Below are positions 55,520-64,000 of a DNA stretch of 64,000 nucleotides, piece by piece. A program made the translations under genes and the position numbers. The stretch spans positions 44,454,001 to 44,518,000 of the forward strand of contig OZ024742.1 of the NCBI GenBank assembly GCA_964016885.1, read 5' to 3'. Every line of letters begins with the position of its first letter. Position 1 is the stretch's first letter. The DNA is from Eledone cirrhosa (Eukaryota). The notes beneath the pieces were generated by a model, which was not told the origin of the DNA, searched no databases, and worked only from the letters and a program-made list of their open reading frames with translations.

Positions 55520-57040
55520 TGGAAGCCTTCTGGCACTAAGGGGCTTTTGCAGCTTAACCCTTTAGCATTTAAATCAGCCATATTCAGCCAGCATTCTCTC
55601 ACCTCTTTCTGTTAAAACTGGCTGTAACCAGCCACTCATACTAATATTAAGGCATTGTTCTCAGAATATATAATATCAAAATCTCATAGATTTGATATTA
55701 TGTGAGATATCATTTGAGATAAAGCCTTTACTGTGAAAATATGAAAATATAATAGTATATATAAAGTAATATAAATGCTAAGGGGTTAAACTCCTTCCTA
55801 TAATTTGTTTTGATATACTTGTGCTTTAGTTTTTACTACACTGATTTTCTATTGACTTTAAATATGTTAGTGTGATCATGTTTTTAATTTCTTTTTTAGT
55901 CTTGTATTGTTGATAAAAAAGTGTGAGCTAATAATAATATACAGTATATATACTTAAGCTAATTATAATGTTCAGTGTATATATACTTAAGCACCCCTTC
56001 AATCCAAAAATGTAACGGAAGATCTGAGGCAGCTGAGCCTTACCCAGACACGTGGTCCTTTAACTTAGTTCTTTAACCCTTTAAAATTTACATTACTCTA
56101 TATTTACTATTGTATTTTTGTGGTAAAGACTTTACCTCACATAATTATCTCATGTAATATCAAATCTATGAGATTTTGATGATATTTATATTGAGAACAA
56201 TACCTTTACATCAGTATGAGCAGCTAGTTATGACCACTTTGAACAGAAAGAGGTGAGAGAATTCTGGCCAGATATGGCCAGTTTAAATGCTAAATGGTTA
56301 TTTCTCAAGGAGATTCAGCATGACACAATGTATGTGATAAGACAGGCCTCTTTGAATTACAGGTACAGTCCATCTTGTATCATAATGAAAGTACAAGCCT
56401 TCCGGCACTAAGGGGCTTTTGGGGGTTAAGCCCCTTCAATAATTTGTTTCAATATACTTGTGCTTTGGTTTTTACTACACTAATTTTCTATTGACTACAT
56501 GCTGGTATGATCATATTTTTAATTTCTTTCTTAGTCTTGTACTGATGATAAAAAAAGTATGAGTTGATAATTGTTTCTATTTTTGGCACAAGGCCAGCAA
56601 TTATCCCAGTGCATTACTGGTACTTTATTTTATCGACCTCGTAAAAATGAAAGACGAAGTTAATCACGGAGGGATTTTAACTCAGAACGTAAAGGGTGGT
56701 AACTCTATGCTGCAAAGCATAGCGTCCAACCCTCCACCGATACTGCCAATCCATTGCCCTTGAGTTAATAATAATAGTAATACCAGACCTCTCAACTCTT
56801 CCCGTGATGGAGAGATCTCCCACCCACTTTGGGGTGGGTGGGAGATATCTTCTCTTGTGAAAATGGGTATAGCTTTCATTATGAAAAATTTTGCCTCATT
56901 TCTTCCCATTTTGGGGCATTTTTTTTCATGGTACTCCCCGTTTGGGTTTATAGAGGTTGGCAGGTCTGTAATACACATGTACAGTGTATATACTTAAGCC
57001 CCTCCCTCCTCCATCCCCAAACTGTAACGGAAGCTCTGTA
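55520..57040 (+). mobile_element. Two copies of a ~270-bp TIR-like repeat (55520-56026; 56394-57038), each with different nested insertions
   Basis: Shared AAGCCTTC(C/T)GGCACTAAGGGG...GTAACGGAAG(A/C)TCTG; copy 1 holds MITE 55558-55785; copy 2 holds a SINE at 56570-56760 and TIR element 56784-56968. Confidence 0.7.
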
Positions 57041-57734
57041 TTAATCTCAATTCATTTTGTGTTATTCCATTGATTGGCTGAAGTGGTTGACACCTCTCAT
57101 TGCATTGAGATGGAAAAATAATTTGTTTTTTTAATTCTTTCTGTTGTTACTATTAACCGTTTCAATATGAAATTGTCTGAAAGTATGACTGGTTCTATGA
57201 TACAAACCTGTTTATTTTATACTGTTTATATTTATATAAAAACCTTCCATCATAATTTTACATGAGAACATTTGTTAAGAGATCATCATCGTTTTATGTT
57301 CATTTTCCACACAGGCATGGGTTGAATGGGTTGTCATAGTCCATAATTAGATGGCTTGGGATGTCAGCGCCAGTAGCGTTTGGGGGTGGGGATCTTGCTC
57401 ATACATATCATTTTTGGCATGATTTCTACAGCTAGACGTCCTTCCTAACACCAATCAGTTTACAAAGTGGGTGCAATTTATCATATTACTGGTGCTATCA
57501 CTTACAGAGTACACTGGGTGCATTTTATTGTGAAACCAGCATTAACACTTTCCAGAGTGCATTGGGTACATGTTTTCCGGTACCACCACTAGAGAGGTTG
57601 ACAAGTGCTGGACAGTGCCAATGGCTCTTCTCTACTCTTCGTTTTCTTGATCTATTCCTCACACAGAAGTACTGTGTGAGTTCCATCATGACATCAATAC
57701 TAGAGAGGTGGGTTCATCTACTGCAGGCTAGATC

Positions 57735-58384
57735 AGATGCAAGAGAGGAGTTTGTGTTGGTATGGACATGTGATGCATACAAAGGATGACAGCTGTATAA
57801 AAAGGTGTAGAGAGCAGACTTGGGATGAGGTGATAAAAGCTGACCTTGCCCAATTGCACCACTCAAAGGCAATAACATAGGACTGTGATCTCTGGTGTTA
57901 TGCAGTAATACAGAAGACCTGCCTTCCCATGTGCATGGGTTGAGGCATACATCTAGTATGCAATATTTTCATATACCTCCCACATCTGTCCTAACACTCT
58001 ACCCATGTCGTAACACCTCCCCAATCCCCAAAGTCACCTCCCCAATCCCCAAGTCCTCAGTCCACACTGTAAATTGGTCGTTTTCATGTTATGACAAAAA
58101 GTGCCCAATCCACACTGTAGAGTGTTCATTTAGGTGTCATGACAAAAAGAGCACAGCCCACACTGTAAAGTGGTTGTGTTGGTGACACAACAAAAAGTAC
58201 CCAACAAACACTATAAATGTGGTTGGTGTTAGGAAGGGTATCCAGCCATAGAAACCATGCCAAAATGAGTTCTGTATAAGCAAGACACTGTCATTTGACC
58301 TCGCTTGTCTCACAAAGGGACAGCTCATCTAACCTTGCTAGCACGGAAAATGGATGTCAAACAGTGAGGATGATGATGATGATG
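57735..58384 (+). mobile_element. Degenerate RTE 3' fragment (an opposed 3' end lies at ~57283-57600)
   Basis: WYGHVM-like segment, repeated 3' UTR, (GAT)n tail. Confidence 0.8.
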
Positions 58385-59275
58385 TATATAGACATGCACA
58401 AACACACACACAATCACAAACAGCTTGTTAGTTATAAGTCGCAGCAAATGTTGAGGAAGTAACAGAAGAGAAAGAGAGAGGATAGACAGTTTTAATGTGC
58501 TTACTTACTGCAGTATGTTGGTTAGTTTATGTTTGTCAATGAGACAAACTTCTGCTGCCTTGTGGGAGCAGATGTATCTGTTGTGATCCCTTGAATCATT
58601 AAAAATTTACAGTGAGACAGCATTATCTATATATATGTTATTTTACAAAACATGACATAATAGGCATAATGGCTATATGGTTATAGTCACCTTATTTTAG
58701 TTTATATTTGTTTTCATATATCTTCACTTTGTTATTAATTATTAATATTATTATTATGATTGAGGGCAGTGGATTGGCAGTATCAGTAGAGCATCTGACA
58801 ACCTGCTTCATGGCATAGGGTTACGGCCCTTTACATTCTGAATTCAAACCCCGCTGAGGTTAGCTTTGCCTTTCATCCTTACAGGGTCGATAAAATAAAG
58901 TACCAGTAATTCACTGGGGTCAATTTAATTGACTTTCCCCTCCCCCCAAAATTGCTGGCCTTGTGCCTAAAGTAGAAACCATTATAATCATTATTATTTA
59001 GATTGGCACAGAAGGGCGGTGGATTGGCAGTATCGGTAGAGGGTCGGACGCCATGCTTTCCAGCATAGTTACGTCCCTTTACGATCTGAGTTCAAATCCC
59101 GCCGAGGTTGACTTTGCCTTTCATCCTTACAGGGTCAATAAAATAAAGTACCAGTAATGCACTGGGTAATTGCTGGCCTTGTGCCTAAAGTAGAAACAAT
59201 TATTTAGATTGGCACAGTTGTTAGAGTGATGGACAATATGCCTTGCATTTTACATTGTATGTATGATCCCATAGT

Positions 59276-59398
59276 CAGGGCCATCTTAACAGCATTATAG
59301 GCCTCCGCACTCACAGGAATAAAAATTCAAATGAGCCCCCTATCCTCGTGGGGCCTCTGGGCAATTGCCCAGCATGCCTATGCGTTAAGACGGCCCTG
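59276..59398. mobile_element. 123-bp hAT-type MITE
   Basis: TIR CAGGGCC(A/G)TCTTAAC; perfect 8-bp TSD CCCATAGT (59268-59275, 59399-59406). Confidence 0.9.
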
Positions 59399-60185
59399 CC
59401 CATAGTGTGTCTTGGACATTTTAAACCTGGTGAAGCGCATCCCCTCTCTAGGTCTGAACACAACAGGTTTCTTCCAGATAATGAGATAATCCCACCTCTG
59501 CCAATTATTAGTCCCACCCTTGCAAGCAGGGAAAAAGCGGACGTAAAATGAAAATGAAATGAATGGGAGAGCATGATAGAGAGGAAGTGAGAAAGTGATA
59601 TAGAGGAAGAACCCTCAGTACTGGACTAGTACTTCTTTTATTGACTTTGAAAGGATGAAAGGTAAAGTTGAACTCCGAGTGCAAGGAGCTGGAATGAATA
59701 CCACAAAGCATTGTACACAATTTTCTGATGACTGTCAATTTTACATTAAAAAACTCAAAATTATCTATTTTAACATGTAAAATACGATAAGCCTTATTCA
59801 TGTGAAGGGCAGTGGTTTAGCAGTATTGGCAGCGTTGGACAACATACTTTGAAGCATATAGTTATGTCCCTTTATGCTCTGAGTTCAAATCGCACCGAGG
59901 TTAGCTATGACTTTCATCCTTACAGGATCAATGAAATAAAGTACCAGTAACACACTGGGGTTGATTTAATCGACTTTCCCTCCCTCAAAATTGTTGGCTT
60001 TGTGCCTAAATCAGAAATCATTATTATGGGGTAGATAAAATAAAGTACCAGTAATGCACTGTGGTTGATTTAATCGAACCCCCTCCCCCTCCAAAATAAA
60101 ATTGTTAGTCTTGTGCCGAAATGAGAAACCATTATTCACATTGGTGCACCCAAATATGATCAGATAACTCATACATAAATTTTAG

Positions 60186-60322
60186 ATATTATGGGACATA
60201 AAAGTCCCTTCATCAGGGTTTAAGGAACCTTCAGTGGATAACGTTCCAAAAGAGGAAATTGGAATGTTATCCACTGGAGGTTCCTTAAACCCTGATGAAG
60301 GGACTTTTATGTCCCAAAATAT
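60186..60322. repeat. 137-bp fold-back with a degraded hammerhead in each arm
   Basis: Arms of ~64 bp; CTGATGA-aGGGAC(ttttat)GTCCC-AAAA/ATAA where GAAA is expected. Confidence 0.85.
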
Positions 60323-61508
60323 TGGACAGATAAAAGAACAGCAACAACAAAAGATAAATTTTAGATTTTTAAAATATATAATTTTGAAATTTAAAAAAAA
60401 TGTCAAATCTCTAGTTTTTCTATTAAATATATCTAGAAATCTGAAACTTTGTCTCACATCATCCAACTTAATCTTTAGATTGGTGGACAAATGACTTGCA
60501 GTATTCACTTACGGTAATCTGCATTCTGAATTCAAATCCTACTGAGTTCAAGTTTGTCTTTCATTATTTTAGGGGGTCGATAAAATAAAGTACCAGTAAT
60601 GCACTGGAATAATTGCTGGCCTTGTGCCTAAAGTAGAAACAATTATTTTAGGGCGGTGGATTGGCAGTATCAGTAGAGGGTCGGACGCCATGCTTTGATG
60701 CAAAGAGTTCCGTCCCTTTACGATCTGAGTTCAAATCCCGCCGACGTTAACTTTGCCTTTCATCCTTACGGGGTCAATAAAATAAAGTACCAGTAATGTA
60801 CTGGATAATTGCTGGCCTTGTGCCAAAAGTAGAAACAATTATTTTAAGGTCAAATCCTTCCGAAGTTAGCTTTGCCTTTCATCCTTATGAGGGTCGATAA
60901 AATAAAGTAGCAGTAATGCACTGGGGTTGATTTAATCGCATTTTCCCCTTCCCCAAATTGTTAGCCTTGTGCCAAATGTAGAAACAATTATTTTAGGGTT
61001 AATAGAGGGTGATGGAATGGCGGTGCTTTATGGTATATAGTTATGGCTTTTTACATTCAAAGTTCAAATCCTAATGAGGTTATCTTTGCTTTCATCCTTA
61101 CAGGGTCAATAAAATAAAGTACTAGTAATGCACTAGGGTTGATTTAATCAACTTTCCTCTTCTTTTCAAATAACTGGCCTTGGGCTAAATGTAAAAACAA
61201 TGTAGAAACAATTATTTTAGGTTCAATAAAATAAGTATCAGAAACTAGGATTAATAAAAGAGCTGTCATTCAAGGTCTTTCTTATTATCAGCAATGCTCC
61301 CATTCACCAAAATCTCTGTTGTATAAGGATGAACATGTTAATGTACTCTTTCTGTCTCCAAATATAACATCACTGTTGCAACCACTTGATCAAAGCATCA
61401 TGAAGTGTATGTAGATGATATACACGTCTTAGCATATTTGTTTGTTAGTGTGTGTGTGTGAAGGCCTGTGGCTTAGTGTTTAAGGTGTTCAGCTTGTGAT
61501 CGTAAGGT

Positions 61509-61559
<51 letters not shown>

Positions 61560-61613
61560 GTAGAACACTGGAAGGTAATATCCGTAGTGTTAGAGCATTC
61601 AGTCCATGGGACG

Positions 61614-61789
61614 AGTTTGGTAGAAGTAGTAACACAACAGTTAGTTCACCATACCGAGAACAATTGTTTCACCTTAGCGGCCTTCCTGTTCCATATAACC
61701 ATGACCAGTATGAGCTGAAGATCTGCTAAAGTGAAACAATTGTTCTCGGTATGGTGAACTAACAGTTGTGTTACTACTTCTACCAAACT
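61614..61789. repeat. Fold-back element with a hammerhead at 61712-61747 (+)
   Basis: Arms 61614-61680 and 61723-61789; GAG-CTGAAGA-tCTgctaaAGt-GAAACAATTGTT^CTC. Confidence 0.85.
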
Positions 61790-61805
61790 GTTTTTCTTAT
61801 TTTCT

Positions 61806-62163
61806 TCTTTGATTCGTCAAAGTGACATTATTGAAAAAGTGAGAGGAACAATTCTTTAAAAAAAAAAGGAGTTTTATGATGTATATAAAATATATAAAAT
61901 ATAACCAGTTTCGATATATTAGTGTGAACCATCTTATCAAATGTTGAATATTACAATTAAAAAGAATTAAAAATTAAAAATTTAAGATTGGGTGTTGAAA
62001 AGGTCGGTTCATCTTTCTTGTTGGCAACATTTGATAAGATGGTTTACACTAATACATCGAAACCAGTTACATTTTATATATTTTATATACATCATAAAAC
62101 TCCTTTTTTTTAAAAGAATTGTTCCTCTCATTTTTCAATAATGTCACTTTGACGAATCAAAGA
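61806..62163. repeat. Inverted repeat (arms ~140 bp), each arm with a U3-A8 hammerhead motif
   Basis: 62026-62073: AACAT-TTGATAA-GATG...CATC-GAAACCAGTT^ACATT; mirror copy at 61898-61945. Confidence 0.85.
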
Positions 62164-62257
62164 AAAAAAAACAGATCCTTAAATATATTTTCCATACTAT
62201 TTCCAATTCCACTTTTTCTCTATAACCCCTGTTTTGTATAGAACCTTACTCTCTTTT

Positions 62258-62354
<97 letters not shown>

Positions 62355-62355
<1 letters not shown>

Positions 62356-62698
62356 TAATATAAGATCAAAAGATGGTTAAAGGAGTTCCATGTATTTTAT
62401 TATGCGCATTTCAAAAACAAACATCATCATGCAATAATATTTGTGTTTTCATCAGATAAAACAGGAGAACATGATATGAAGGCTAAAAAACACTTGTGGA
62501 TAGTGCAGTTTTAAATCAATTTATCAACATATATGTTGATTTAAAACTGCACTATCCACAAGTGTTTTTTAGCCTTCATATCATGTTCTCCTGTTTTATC
62601 TGATGAAAACAAATATTATTGCATGATGATGTTTGTTTTTGAAATGCGCATAATAAAATACATGGAACTCCTTTAACCATCTTTTGATCTTATATTAT
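62355..62698. repeat. ~345-bp near-perfect palindrome
   Basis: Arms 62355-62519 and 62536-62698 differ by a 2-nt indel as read; embedded between TA tracts. Confidence 0.95.
62593..62659 (+). ncRNA. Intact type I hammerhead motif (mirror copy 62394-62462 on the minus strand)
   Basis: GTTTTAT-CTGATGA-14-bp helix II with G.U pairs-TT-GAAATGCGCATA^ATAAAAT; palindromic helix III ATGCGCAT. Confidence 0.85.
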
Positions 62699-63179
62699 GT
62701 ATACTCCAGTCCTACAAACTGTAGAGTGCTTCTTATCCGATATCTGCATTGCTTTATTGTACTACAATAAAACTCACCTCCTACATATATATATATATAT
62801 ATATACACATGTGTGAGTGTGTGTACTCACAATACTCCCTCTTCTCTCACTCACTGTTGATAACAATTACTCTCTTTTCTCCCATCATGCTGCACATGCT
62901 GTTTCTATTCAATCTCTTTACCAACAACCTTCATTCCGCTGTCTATCACTGTCATTTTTTTCACTACTCTCTCTTCCCTATCACTCTTTGCTCTTGTTTC
63001 TCTAGTTCTCTTCTATTACTGATTCTGTCTCCCTTTCATTAGCTTCCCATTTATATACTGGTCTTAGAGAATGAATAGAGACAACATAGGGCTGAAAGAA
63101 CCCTTTAATCTTGTTGGGGACAAGACATCTTTTCTAATGATGGTGCTATGATAAGATACACTTGTTGCATGGGCAGCAA

Positions 63180-63590
63180 CTGCAGAGGATATGCGATGGC
63201 TGGAGAGAAATGAAGCAAGCATGCTCCGTTGGATGTGTAATGTCAATGTATGTGAACGACCAAGCATGGATGAGTTGAGAGAGAAACTGGGTATAAGAGG
63301 GATAAGTTATAGTGAGCGGGAGAGAAGACTGCGATGGTATGGACATGTGATGCGCATGGAGGATGATCGCTGGGTAAAGAAGTGCCAAGAAATGCCAGTA
63401 GAAGGAAGACACAGTAGAGGAAGACCACATAAAACATGGGTGGAGGTGGTGAGAGTAGACGTCAGATCACTGAAGCTCACAGAGGAGATGACGAAGGACC
63501 ATGACAAGTGGAGAGATGCTGGACTGAATAGGACCTGTCCCACCCTTGCAAGCAGGGAAAAGCGGACATAAAATGATGATGATGATGATG
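63180..63590 (+). mobile_element. RTE C-terminal fragment with short 3' UTR and (GAT)n tail
   Basis: ORF 63191-63571: LERNEASMLRWMCNV..RLRWYGHVMRM..GRPHKTW. Confidence 0.92.
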
Positions 63591-63871
63591 TTGCATGCTC
63601 TAAAGTGGTTGTTTATAGGGAGGGCATCTAGATGTAGAAACCATGCAAAAGGGAAATGTACAAATGAGTCATGAACTCTGACCTCACTCTCTGTGTAGTA
63701 ACACTGAATAAGAACTGATTTGGTCCATGATAACCGCTCTATTTTATGCCAGCTAGGAAAAGCGGGTGTAAAATGATGATTATAGATATATATCTCAAGG
63801 CCTTTGTCTTTGTTATTGATCATGGATATTTGAGTATTTATGTTGCCCTTTTGGCTAATAAAGAAATCATT

Positions 63872-63902
<31 letters not shown>

Positions 63903-64000
63903 CCATTATCAATATTATTATCGATCCATTGAAGCTAATGATGAACTGGATGAAATAGATTCACAGTAAAAAGGTTCTGTCTCTTGGTGATATATAGCAC

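Larger units (their letters stand above)
58763..61215 (+). mobile_element. Dense, mostly head-to-tail cluster of ~8 family A SINEs/fragments
   Basis: Copies starting ~58763, 59013, 59807, 60030, 60520, 60650, 60848 and 61005; one minus-strand remnant at ~59600-59720. Confidence 0.85.

Overview
AT-rich, repeat-saturated animal DNA, mostly intronic or intergenic. The SINE/LINE content and microsatellite load suggest an octopus-like cephalopod, but this is inference. No intact protein-coding gene is visible. At most there is a candidate 5'-UTR exon (donor at 11198) and a candidate start-codon exon (35332-35465) of a + strand host gene. Recognisable mobile DNA: many truncated RTE-clade LINE copies (one family has a PHD-like C4HC3 finger inside the RT region), two CR1-group LINE fragments, a Tx1/L1 3' end, a full-length but inactivated DD37D (maT) Tc1/mariner transposon, TTAA (piggyBac-type) and hAT-type MITEs, two tRNA-derived SINE families, and multi-kb cryptic trinucleotide arrays. 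The most striking signal is about 15-20 short non-coding modules from many unrelated sequence families, mostly next to (TA)n tracts. They carry minimal type I hammerhead ribozyme folds; three families use the compensatory U3-A8 core. They share a TTGAGT(G/A)CT tail motif and are very often turned into fold-back palindromes, some centred on ribozyme helix II. They look like terminal repeats or non-autonomous derivatives of Penelope-like retroelements. All folds and alignments were done by eye and coordinates of degenerate repeats are approximate.
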